This document shows positions 51,446 to 61,527 of a stretch of 64,000 nucleotides of DNA, in pieces. Made by a program: the position numbers and the translations under genes. The stretch is from Nitrospirota bacterium (GTDB lineage: Bacteria; Nitrospirota; UBA9217). The stretch is from the NCBI GenBank assembly GCA_963840455.1, contig CAWIYV010000001.1:192001-256000 (forward strand), in the 5' to 3' direction. Position 1 is the first letter of the stretch. Every line of letters starts with the position of its first letter. Under the pieces are notes generated by a model. That model worked only from the letters and a program-made list of their open reading frames with translations, was not told the DNA's origin and made no database searches.

Positions 51446-52116
51446 GCCAGTTCGGCCTCCGGCCTGCGGATATACATCGGCGACAGGCCATCAGGACCCG
51501 TCTGCCTACCGACGCTGATCATATCCAGCGCGATCTCAGCGATGCTCGCCGCAGACGGGACCGTCGCGGAGCGTGGCGCAAAGTGCGCTCTGCCGGCAAA
51601 GAGACGCTCGATGTCCCCGGCAAAGAGCCGTGCCCCCTCGCCGGTGAACAGCACCTCTCCGGCGACCTGTTCCGCCAGTTCGGCAAGCGGCAGTACGGTC
51701 TCCGGGAGGTCCTGAACGAGTTCCCGGCCGTCGTAACGGTAGAGAGCGGCATACACTTCCTTCTTCCTGGCATCAAGCAACGGACATACCGGATATCGAG
51801 CATGGGGCGTGTTCCAGGCAAGCGCCTTGAGCGTCGGCACCGCGGCAACGGGCTTCCCTGTGGTGAACGCGAGCCCCTTCACGGTGGACAGTCCGATACG
51901 GAGCCCGGTGAATGAGCCGGGCCCGATGGAGACGCCGAAACCGTCTATGGATGCCATCCGGAGCCCGGTGTCCTTGAACACCCGGTCCACCGTGGACATG
52001 AGCCGCTCCGAGTGCGTCACCTCGATGTTCAAGGTGTACTCGGCGAGCACGCCGTCCTCCGATACGATGGCAACACCGCCGGTCCTTGTCGCTGTTTCAA
52101 TGCCGAGGATGTACAT
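51418..52116 (-). CDS. tsaB: t6A biosynthesis protein TsaB
   Basis: GPGSFTGLRIG; DARKKEVY; P.YIR. Confidence 0.93.
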   Translation of the reverse strand: MYILGIETATRTGGVAIVSEDGVLAEYTLNIEVTHSERLMSTVDRVFKDTGLRMASIDGFGVSIGPGSFTGLRIGLSTVKGLAFTTGKPVAAVPTLKALAWNTPHARYPVCPLLDARKKEVYAALYRYDGRELVQDLPETVLPLAELAEQVAGEVLFTGEGARLFAGDIERLFAGRAHFAPRSATVPSAASIAEIALDMISVGRQTGPDGLSPMYIRRPEAELAWEKRERSR

Positions 52117-52180
52117 GAAACCACCTTATCCGAATTTTCGAGCGCTGTCAAAACCTCTTTTTCTGTCGGGGAGGACGACG

Positions 52181-53065
52181 TCATCTTCTCAGGTGCCTGT
52201 CGAAGAACTCCCCCAATCTCCTGCCGTATTCGTCCCCGGCCGCGGCGATCGTGCCGCCGTGGCCTGCGACGGGAATGATCCAGAGCTCCTTCGGCTCCTT
52301 CGCCGCCCGGAACAGCCTTCTTCCGTTCTCCGGGGGGATCATCTCATCGCCTTCACCGGCGATGATGAACACGGGTACCGGCGCGATCCCTCCGATGACG
52401 GATTCCGGGGCGATGTCCCTGACCGCCGTCTGGAAATATATTTCATAGCCCAGGACCGCCAGGTTGACGAAGGGAAATGACGGCAGGTGATAGAACCCGG
52501 TGACGGCCTCGCGTGCCTGTTCCCGGAGGCTTGTGAACGCACTGTCAGCGGCCACTGCCGCGAACATCCCGGTCCCGGCAGCGGTAAGGATGGCGGTGGA
52601 GCCGCCCAGAGAAAAGCCGAAGATGCCGATGCGGTTCCGGTCGACCCCAGGCCGTGACGTGAGGTACGCGAGAGCGGCCTCTATGTCCTTTTGTTCATGA
52701 TACCCCAGCGACGACCGGCTCCCGCTGCTCTCGCCGTGCGCCCGGAAATCGAAGGTGAGTACCCAGTATCCCCGTCGGGCGAGCATGACCGCCAGGTCAG
52801 TAAAGTCCGAGCGGTTCGCGCCCAGGCCGTGGCAGATTATGATCCCGGGCATACCGGGCTTCTCCTGCGGGGGTTTGATGAGCCACCCCTTGAGCGTCAC
52901 GCCATCGCTGGTCTCGAACACCGCATTCTCATAGGCGGCACGATAGTCCGACGGCGGGATATGAAGTGCATAGCGCGGAGGATGGGTGTTTGCGTATACG
53001 AGAAAGAGTGAAAGAGCGACAATAAGGAGTGCAAGTCCTATCAGGATGTTCACAGCGGTCTTCAT
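52181..53065 (-). CDS. Alpha/beta-fold hydrolase with N-terminal anchor
   Basis: DFRAHGES; GFSLGG nucleophile elbow. Confidence 0.85.
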   Translation of the reverse strand: MKTAVNILIGLALLIVALSLFLVYANTHPPRYALHIPPSDYRAAYENAVFETSDGVTLKGWLIKPPQEKPGMPGIIICHGLGANRSDFTDLAVMLARRGYWVLTFDFRAHGESSGSRSSLGYHEQKDIEAALAYLTSRPGVDRNRIGIFGFSLGGSTAILTAAGTGMFAAVAADSAFTSLREQAREAVTGFYHLPSFPFVNLAVLGYEIYFQTAVRDIAPESVIGGIAPVPVFIIAGEGDEMIPPENGRRLFRAAKEPKELWIIPVAGHGGTIAAAGDEYGRRLGEFFDRHLRR

Positions 53066-53147
53066 TCGTTACATCGTGGAATATATAAAGCACGATCAGT
53101 GAAAGCGTTTCGCCTGTATTTCTTCTTTGACCCCTGTCCCCGTCCTC

Positions 53148-53873
53148 TTAATCCCACCACAATGAGAACCCGTTGGAACGCCTCATGGTGTCCGCAAGCT
53201 TTTCGATCGTCCCTTTGTTCTCCGCCAGCACTTCGGGAGCGAAGGACCCGACGCTCCGTGCGAAAGCGTTCATGTTCTTCGGCGGTACGATGAAACGGGC
53301 CTCAAGCCAGTCCGCCCCCGCGCCGGTGATGACGAAGGTCCCTGCTCTCTGCTGCCCCTTAAGCCACTTGATGATCGCCTTGGTGTCCAGATCGTGGCGG
53401 GGCGCTTCGGTCTTCTGGACCAGGAGGATGTCGTAGGAGTTCTTCCCGCGAATGACCGTGACCACGTCGGGGACGTTGCCGTAATTCTGCTGGCTTCTGA
53501 AGACCAGGAATCCCTGAGAGAGGAACGCCGGTGAAAGGCTGGAAATGACCTCGTCGGCCCTCAGGGTGTGTACGCTGAATCCGGACAGCCGGGCTGTGGC
53601 GATCATCACATCGCCCTTGAGGTTCGAGGAGCGTATCATGACATCCTCAAAGAACGGCTCTGCAGGCGCTCCTCCCGCAGCCTCGACCTGCGCGATGATA
53701 TCCGGAGGAAAGCCCAGTTCGGCCCTCTGCGCCGCCGTCATGATCTTGGGCTTCGGTTTCAGGAGGACCAGGGGTGCGGCATTCTTCTCCGGCGCATTCG
53801 TTGCTTCCTGCGGTGAACAGGAAAAGGCTGCGACAAGGATGAGGCCGACCAAGAAGAGATATCTATCTGCCAT
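53148..53873 (-). CDS. DUF4253-like lipoprotein
   Basis: Lipobox-like AFSC; C-terminal LWWD. Confidence 0.7.
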   Translation of the reverse strand: MADRYLFLVGLILVAAFSCSPQEATNAPEKNAAPLVLLKPKPKIMTAAQRAELGFPPDIIAQVEAAGGAPAEPFFEDVMIRSSNLKGDVMIATARLSGFSVHTLRADEVISSLSPAFLSQGFLVFRSQQNYGNVPDVVTVIRGKNSYDILLVQKTEAPRHDLDTKAIIKWLKGQQRAGTFVITGAGADWLEARFIVPPKNMNAFARSVGSFAPEVLAENKGTIEKLADTMRRSNGFSLWWD

Positions 53874-54159
53874 AACGGATCTCGAAATGACCAAACTCGC
53901 GAGTAAATGGTTCCCAGGCAATGTCCACGCTGTTCACCTCGGCCCCCGCGGGGCCCCGGTGGCACCATCCGACGATCGCCTCGACCTTTTTCTTCGGTCC
54001 TTCGAACAAGGCCTCCACAGAACCGTCGGGAAGGTTTCTCACCCACCCGGTGACGCCGAGGCGGTCGGCCTCGTCCTTGGTGCTTGCCCTGAACCATACC
54101 CCTTGAACAAGACCGTGAACGATCACCCGCGCGCGAAGTTGGTCCCTGTTGTTTTTCAT
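53863..54159 (-). CDS. acyP: Acylphosphatase
   Basis: VQGVWFR; GWVRNLPDGSVE. Confidence 0.92.
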   Translation of the reverse strand: MKNNRDQLRARVIVHGLVQGVWFRASTKDEADRLGVTGWVRNLPDGSVEALFEGPKKKVEAIVGWCHRGPAGAEVNSVDIAWEPFTREFGHFEIRYGR

Positions 54160-54188
54160 GACAGTAAAAAAGCAGCATTACCTGAGAA

Positions 54189-55658
54189 TTACGGTCTCCG
54201 TCCGCCACGGCCGCGCGTATTCGCCGGCTGCTGCCCCGACGGCTTTGGACGAGATCTTTTCTGGCCTCCGGGCCTCAGGCCCGGGGCGTCGACCGGCCCC
54301 CTCTTCCGTGAACCGTACACCTTGCCCCCGAACGCAGGGCGCGCAAAGCGCTTTTCTCCATATACGGGTCCTCTGCCTTCAGCCCTCGCACCCCGAGCGT
54401 CGGGCCGCGTGCGTCCCTGAGCTGGTGACTGCCGGATGGCCGTTCGCGCACGATCACCGGATGGCCGCGCCGGACCTCCTGTTGGTCCTCGCTGTTCGCT
54501 CATGCGTGGCCTCTCGTCTCCCCTGTGTCCGCGGAACGCTGGTTTCCGACTGCTATCCCTCTGAGGCCCGCGATCTGCTGGAGTTCCGCGAACCATCTTG
54601 TCCATTTGATTTCCCTGCCATCGTTCGCCCGGTCCCCGTGCCGGCCCCCCCTCGCCGATCCTAACGGCCCCAAGAGGCTTCGACATCGGCAGAGCTTCCC
54701 GTCGCACCCGTTCAACAGAGGAAGTGCGCCTGACCGACCCATCCTTCACGGAGGTGACATTGCGCACGAGCTGTCCCCGCGACCTTCGTTTTTCCTCCCC
54801 ACGGCCCCACATTCTCGAGTCATCGCGTCCGCTCACCGGTTTCTTCGCGTCACCGGTCTCGCGCCGAACGGCCCTGCTTCGCGCCTCCGCACTCTTCTTC
54901 GGTGCCATGATCCTCGGCACCGGCTGCTTGGCTTCATCCTGCGTGGCCATTTGCCGGAGCCCCTGCACCTCGTCCAGGGTCAGATGGCGATACATGCCGA
55001 CCGGAAGGTCCCCGAGGCTCAGGCTGCCGACCCTGGTCCTCTTGAGCTTGATCACTGAATGGCCGGTATGGTCGATCATGCGACGCACCTGGCGTTTTCT
55101 GCCTTCATGGATCGTGATCTCGACCCAGGAATTCGACTCCTCCTTGCGGAGCTTTCGTACCCGGGCGGGCGCCGTCTTGCCGTCCTTGAGAAAAACGCCT
55201 TGTTCGAGCATCTCGACGTGCCGGTCCTCCAGGAAGCCCTTGACCTTCACCAAGTAGGTCTTGGGCAGTTCATGCTTCGGATGGGTGACGAGGTGAGCAA
55301 GGTCCCCGTCGTTCGTCAGCAGGAGCAGTCCCTCCGTGTCATAGTCGAGCCTGCCCACGGGATAGACACGGACCCTGACGCCCTTCAGGAGATTTGCGAC
55401 GATCGGGCGGCCCTCGGGGTCCGACATGGTCGTAACGAAACCGGCTGGTTTATTCAGCATGATATAGGCCTTGGGCTGTTTCGGATTGATCAGTTTGCCG
55501 TCGACCTTGATGTGGTCCCGGTCAGGGTCGGCCTTGGCGCCAAGCTCCGATATGACCTTGCCGTTCACCCGCACACGCCCCTCGAGGATGATCTCCTCGG
55601 CGGCGCGGCGCGATGCGATACCAGCCGCTGACAGGATCTTCTGGATTCTCTCTTCCAT
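54189..55658 (-). CDS. rluB: 23S rRNA pseudouridine synthase with long Arg-rich tail
   Basis: S4 domain; GRLDYDTEGLLLLTNDG; EGRKRQVRRM. Confidence 0.85.
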   Translation of the reverse strand: MEERIQKILSAAGIASRRAAEEIILEGRVRVNGKVISELGAKADPDRDHIKVDGKLINPKQPKAYIMLNKPAGFVTTMSDPEGRPIVANLLKGVRVRVYPVGRLDYDTEGLLLLTNDGDLAHLVTHPKHELPKTYLVKVKGFLEDRHVEMLEQGVFLKDGKTAPARVRKLRKEESNSWVEITIHEGRKRQVRRMIDHTGHSVIKLKRTRVGSLSLGDLPVGMYRHLTLDEVQGLRQMATQDEAKQPVPRIMAPKKSAEARSRAVRRETGDAKKPVSGRDDSRMWGRGEEKRRSRGQLVRNVTSVKDGSVRRTSSVERVRREALPMSKPLGAVRIGEGGPARGPGERWQGNQMDKMVRGTPADRGPQRDSSRKPAFRGHRGDERPRMSEQRGPTGGPARPSGDRARTAIRQSPAQGRTRPDARGARAEGRGPVYGEKRFARPAFGGKVYGSRKRGPVDAPGLRPGGQKRSRPKPSGQQPANTRGRGGRRP

Positions 55659-55711
55659 GCATTCACCGCAGGGGCGCGGTGCCCGCTCCCCCGTTATCCT
55701 TCCTTGTTTGA

Positions 55712-55809
55712 CAAGCTCCCGGGAATCTTCGATCCAGGGTCCGTATCGCTATTATTCTCATCTCCCGCATTCTCCGCGGCAAACTGCGGGGAATGCGTTC
55801 GCTCCCGGC
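55712..55809 (-). mobile_element. Degenerate copy 3 of double-hairpin element (right hairpin collapsed)
   Basis: AAGCTCCC|GGGAATCTTCGATCC...CTGCGGGGAATGCGTTCGCTCC on + strand. Confidence 0.65.
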
Positions 55810-55810
55810 T

Positions 55811-55996
55811 TCATGATCTTCGCTGAGCAAGCCACTCTTTAAGCCGGGGGCATTTGTTCTTCGCGCGATTGTCCTGACAGTCGCCGCAGATGGTCATGTC
55901 GGGGCTGCAGGGCTGGAACCCGTTGTGCCGGGATGCCGGTCCTGCCTGCTTCAGTTTCCCCTCGCGCGCCTTTTGGATGCTGGTCACCTTCGTCAT
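55811..55996 (-). CDS. Small Cys-rich hypothetical protein
   Basis: 61 aa; C-x6-CxxC-x8-C. Confidence 0.5.
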   Translation of the reverse strand: MTKVTSIQKAREGKLKQAGPASRHNGFQPCSPDMTICGDCQDNRAKNKCPRLKEWLAQRRS

Positions 55997-56112
55997 GCTA
56001 TCGGCCCCGGAAACGAACCATGGTTATCACTGATGAAGAAAGGCGGCCACAGCGGGCCGCCCCTCGGTTTTTCCTGAATGATGAACCCTGACCTCCGGCT
56101 CCCGCAGTACCT

Positions 56113-57594
<1,482 letters not shown>

Positions 57595-57605
57595 TTAGCC
57601 CTGAA

Positions 57606-57829
57606 TCCAGGAGCGAGCGCATTCCCCGCAGCTTGCTACGGGGTTAGCGAGCGATTAGAATAACAATAGTTCCTTGAGGATCGAAGCTCCATGCCTCTTG
57701 CAGGAGGGAGCTTAAATCCAGGAGCGAGCGCATTCCCCGCAGCTTGCTGCGGGGGTCACCGAGCAATGAGAATAAAAATAGTTCCTTGAGGATCGAAGAT
57801 TCCCTGCGTCTTGCTGCAGGGAGCTTCAA
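57606..57829 (+). mobile_element. Head-to-tail tandem dimer of double-hairpin element (copies 4 and 5)
   Basis: 57606-57716 and 57717-57829; junction GAGCTTAAA|TCCAGG; preceded by CTGAA. Confidence 0.8.
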
Positions 57830-57966
57830 TGACCAGATGACGGCTCTTCCCGGCAGCAGGGATGATGCGGCAACACCGTGGCGACAGGAACTCCCCGTGC
57901 TGCTTCCTGGCTGAAATTGAGGGTGTACTGTACCACAAACGTCCGCAAATCTCAAGCGTTCCGTTA

Positions 57967-58731
57967 TCAGAACCCCGATGCGGCGTTGAGGAAAGGGTTC
58001 TCGCGCCGTTCGTCACCAATGGTGGATTGTGGGCCGTGGCCGGAGAGGATGACTGTTTCGTCCGGAAGGGTCATAAGGTGTTCTTTGATGGACGTGATAA
58101 GCATCATGAGGTCCCCGCCCAGGAGGTCGGTCCTGCCAATGGACCCGGCGAAGAGCGCATCCCCGGTGAACACCACGCCGTCCCCAGCCAGGCAGATGCC
58201 GCCCGCCGAATGCCCCGGGGTATAAAGGACCTTGAGCGAGATATCACCCGCCTTGATGATGTCGCCGTGCTTCACGAACCGGTCGGCCTTCGGCGATGAG
58301 GGTGCGGTCATGCCGAACATCCGTGCCTGGTTCGCTGTTCCTCCCAGCAAGACACTGTCGGCCTCGTGGATGAGCAGCTCGGCGCCCGTGGCGTCCTTGA
58401 TCTGTTTGTTGGCGCCCACGTGGTCGAAATGGGCATGGGTGTTCACGATATATCTCACCTTCAGGCCCTTCCCCCTGACGAGGTGCAGGATGTCCTGGGC
58501 ATCGTCGCCCGGATCGATGACGATGGCCTCGTTGGTCTTTTCATCGTACACGATATAGCAATTCACCTGCAGCGGACCGACGACCAGTCTCGATAGTTGC
58601 ATTGGATTGTTCTTCTTTCTCTCGGAATATCGGAATGCCCCGGCCAGGATCGCCGCAGCGGTTAGCATTACCATGACAATCAGAACGACCGGTCGCCATC
58701 GAAGCCATGTTTCAGCGGCGGCATTTCGCAT
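57967..58731 (-). CDS. MBL-fold metallohydrolase (glyoxalase II-like); alternative start 58602
   Basis: THAHFDH; TPGHS; FTGD; GHG. Confidence 0.88.
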   Translation of the reverse strand: MRNAAAETWLRWRPVVLIVMVMLTAAAILAGAFRYSERKKNNPMQLSRLVVGPLQVNCYIVYDEKTNEAIVIDPGDDAQDILHLVRGKGLKVRYIVNTHAHFDHVGANKQIKDATGAELLIHEADSVLLGGTANQARMFGMTAPSSPKADRFVKHGDIIKAGDISLKVLYTPGHSAGGICLAGDGVVFTGDALFAGSIGRTDLLGGDLMMLITSIKEHLMTLPDETVILSGHGPQSTIGDERRENPFLNAASGF

Positions 58732-59239
58732 TTGCTTCCAGGTCCAACAATATTTTCTTCATCCCCCGTCCTCCGGAAAACCCGCCCAGCGTACCTGCTG
58801 AGCTGATGACCCGGTGTCACGGGATCAGGATTGGGACCGGATTCGCACCCATTGCCTGGCCAACTGCCCGGGCCGCTTTCGGTCTTCCGATCCGCTTCGC
58901 GATCCAGGCATAGCTCCGTGTTTCTCCGTACGGGATTGACGCTGCTGCCTTCCATACCGCCCGTTGGAAGGGCGTATAATAACTCAGGTCGAGCGGCAGA
59001 TCAAATGATACACGTTTGCCCGAAAAGTACTGTTGCATGAGCTTTACCGTTCTCTTGATCTCACGGTCAGTTGATCGCGACGCTGCTGCCTTCGATACTG
59101 CGACTTTCACCTTTGCCAGTGCCAGTTCGTTCTTAACGGTCTTCTGAGAACCCCGGGGAAGAACGATCCTGCATATCCCCTTCTCATAAATGCCTGCTCC
59201 GGCCCAACCGAGCGGAGTGGAAAATATCGTCTTTTTCAT
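58712..59239 (-). CDS. ogt: Methylated-DNA-protein-cysteine methyltransferase, probable selenoprotein (TGA at 58817-58819)
   Basis: IPYGETRSY, AARAVG, NPVPILIP[TGA]HRVI...LGGFSGG..MK..LLDLE. Confidence 0.9.
58773..58814 (-). promoter_or_regulatory. Bacterial SECIS-like hairpin (ogt)
   Basis: Upper stem GCUCAGC/GCUGGGC, loop AGGUAC, lower stem CCGGG/UCCGG. Confidence 0.75.
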
Positions 59240-59262
59240 TTCACGCACCTCCCGCACTCTCA

Positions 59263-59310
59263 CCTTTGTCCCTTTGTCCCCTTGTCACCGTGTCTCCCCG
59301 TCACCGCGTC
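59263..59310. repeat. Six degenerate 8-bp tandem units
   Basis: CCTTTGTC CCTTTGTC CCCTTGTC ACCGTGTC TCCCCGTC ACCGCGTC. Confidence 0.6.
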
Positions 59311-60877
59311 TGCCTTTTCGCCTCGCCATCCCCCACAGGAACCTGAGCTCCTCGCTCCGCAGAAGCCACATGGCGACGAGATAGAAGAGCACGCTCACGG
59401 TCACGCCGAAGCCGAGCCACTTGACCTTGTAGAGCGTATTGCCCGGCGAATCCCACACCGGCTTCAGGCTGACCCACCAGCCGATGGCGCCCATGATGAT
59501 GGATGCTGGCACGATCTTGAGCAGGGATATAAAGATCCTCCTTCCGTCCATGCGCCCGATCTTCTTCCGGAGCCGCTTTGTGAGCAGGCCGAGGTTCAGC
59601 ATTGCCGCGAGCGACGTTGCGAGCGCCAGGCCTCCGTGCTGCAGCGGCGTCTGGATGAAGAAGACGCTGAGCACCATGTTCGTGGCCAGGGCGAGCAGGG
59701 CGATACGGACCGGCGTCCTCGTGTCCTGGAGCGAGTAGAACGCCTGGGACACGACCCGCACCCCGGCAAAGGCCCAGAGACCGAGGGCGTAGTACAGGAG
59801 CGCGGACGCCGTGCCGATGGTGGAGAGATGGTTGAACTCGCCGTGCTGCAGCAGGAGGTTCACGATGGGGACGCGGAGCATGATGAGGCCCGCCATGGCC
59901 GGGAACATGACGAAGAAGACCAGGCGTATGCCGAGCGACAAGGTCTCGCGGAACTGCTCCATCTCCTGCCTGGCCGCCTGGGCAGACAGCGTGGGCAGCA
60001 CGGCCGTCGCGATGGCGACGCCGAAGATCCCGAGCGGAAAGTGGATGAAACGCATGCCGTAGAACAGAAAGGTGATGCTGCCCGTGGCGAGGAACGATGC
60101 CAGAATGGTGCTGACGAAGATATTGAGCTGGGTTACTGAAGAGCTGAGGAACACCGGAAGGGCCAGCGCCCCGATCTTCCGGACGCCCGGATGGCTCGGC
60201 GAGAACCGGGGTGTGAGCATCATCCCCTGCCTGTGCAGACCGGGGAGCTGGATAAGGAACTGGAAGAGCCCGCCGAGCACCACGCCGACGGCTGCGCCCA
60301 TGATGGGCTCGGGCATGTGCGGCGAGAGCAGCACCACGGAACCGATGGTCATCACGTTCAGCATCACCGGCGACAGCGCCGGGAACAGGAAGGAGCGGAG
60401 GGAGTTCAACATGCCCATGGCCAGCGCGGCCAGGCCGATGAACAGGAGGTACGGGAACATCATCCGCGTGAGCGACGCCGCCATCAGGAACTTATCGCGC
60501 TGCGTCTCGAACTTCCAGCCCCAGGCAATGATCTTCACGATGTAGGGCGCAAAGATGATGCCGAGGCCCGTGACGATGACCAGGATGACCAGGAGCCGCG
60601 CGAAGACCGCGTTGGCGAGGCGCCGCGCATCCTCCTTTGATCCCTTCGTCAATGTCTCGGTGAAGACCGGGATGAAAGCCGCGGACATGGACCCCTCGGC
60701 CAGCAGTTCGCGGAGGAGGTTCGGGATCCGGTAGGCTACATAAAAGGCGTCGGCGGCCGCGGTAGTGCCGAAGGCCCAGGACATCACCATGTCGCGGACA
60801 TACCCCATGACCCGGGAGGCGAGCGTCGCAGCGCCTACCACGCCAGCCGCCTTTGCAACTTTTATGTTCTCAGACAT
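59285..60877 (-). CDS. murJ: Lipid II flippase MurJ
   Basis: SRVMGYVRD; RIPNLLRELLAEG; FIPVF; multiple TM helices. Confidence 0.95.
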   Translation of the reverse strand: MSENIKVAKAAGVVGAATLASRVMGYVRDMVMSWAFGTTAAADAFYVAYRIPNLLRELLAEGSMSAAFIPVFTETLTKGSKEDARRLANAVFARLLVILVIVTGLGIIFAPYIVKIIAWGWKFETQRDKFLMAASLTRMMFPYLLFIGLAALAMGMLNSLRSFLFPALSPVMLNVMTIGSVVLLSPHMPEPIMGAAVGVVLGGLFQFLIQLPGLHRQGMMLTPRFSPSHPGVRKIGALALPVFLSSSVTQLNIFVSTILASFLATGSITFLFYGMRFIHFPLGIFGVAIATAVLPTLSAQAARQEMEQFRETLSLGIRLVFFVMFPAMAGLIMLRVPIVNLLLQHGEFNHLSTIGTASALLYYALGLWAFAGVRVVSQAFYSLQDTRTPVRIALLALATNMVLSVFFIQTPLQHGGLALATSLAAMLNLGLLTKRLRKKIGRMDGRRIFISLLKIVPASIIMGAIGWWVSLKPVWDSPGNTLYKVKWLGFGVTVSVLFYLVAMWLLRSEELRFLWGMARRKGRRGDGETR

Positions 60878-60952
60878 AATCGATCACCGTTATCGTCGAA
60901 TGCCGGGGCCCGCTACCGGATTACCCGATGTTCATTCGCCACCTGCGTCCCC

Positions 60953-60998
60953 TTGAAGCTCCCTGCAGCAAGCTGCGGGAATTGCGCTCTCTCCTGGA
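60953..60998 (-). mobile_element. Internally deleted single-hairpin copy 6 of the element
   Basis: TTGAAGCTCCCTGCAGCAAGCTGCGGGAATTGCGCTCTCTCCTGGA on + strand: both termini around one hairpin. Confidence 0.7.
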
Positions 60999-61171
60999 TT
61001 CGTACGATCCGTATCAGGTTTGGGGGGACATCGACAGGACCTGACGCACTCTAACAAAAAAATACTCTCCTGAAAAGGGTTTGTTTCGGCGCCATACCCG
61101 TTTTTTCCCTTGACAGTAAGCTGTTGTTTATGTTAAAAAGACACCCTGTTTAACAATAAAGGAGGAGTACC

Positions 61172-61441
61172 GTGGCATCACACAAGTCCGCGATCAAGAG
61201 GCAAAAGCAGGCCCTGAAGAAACAGGAGAAGAACAAGTCTGTAAAATCCATGCTCAAGACTCTTGCCAAGAAGGTCGAGCAGGCCGTCGAGGCGAAGAGC
61301 GCCGATTCCGCAAAGGACGCCCTGGTCAAGGCCATGAAGGCCTATGACAAGGCTGCCTCGGCCGGCATCATCCACCGGACAACCGCCTCCCGCAAGATCT
61401 CCCGCCTGTCCACCAAGGTCGGCAAGATCGGCGCAGCGTAG
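61172..61441 (+). CDS. rpsT: 30S ribosomal protein S20
   Basis: HKSAIKR...GIIH...ASRKISRL; AAGGAGG RBS. Confidence 0.95.
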   Translation: MASHKSAIKRQKQALKKQEKNKSVKSMLKTLAKKVEQAVEAKSADSAKDALVKAMKAYDKAASAGIIHRTTASRKISRLSTKVGKIGAA

Positions 61442-61473
61442 TTTTTCGGAATCTCCAACGTACTGAAACCAGA

Positions 61474-61511
61474 AACGCCCTCATGACCATGCATGGGGGC
61501 GTTATTTTTTT
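61474..61511 (+). terminator. Intrinsic terminator of rpsT
   Basis: AACGCCCTCATG/CATGGGGGCGTT stem plus T-run. Confidence 0.75.
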
Positions 61512-61527
61512 CCCGCCGTACGCGGCC

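Noticed and set aside
54189-54940. Arg/Gly-rich RluB tail as a separate or novel domain
   Set aside because: Low-complexity basic tails are common on RluB-family proteins.
57606-57829. Tandem repeat as a CRISPR array
   Set aside because: Units are ~112 bp, abut with no unique spacers, occur dispersed elsewhere, and no cas genes are present.
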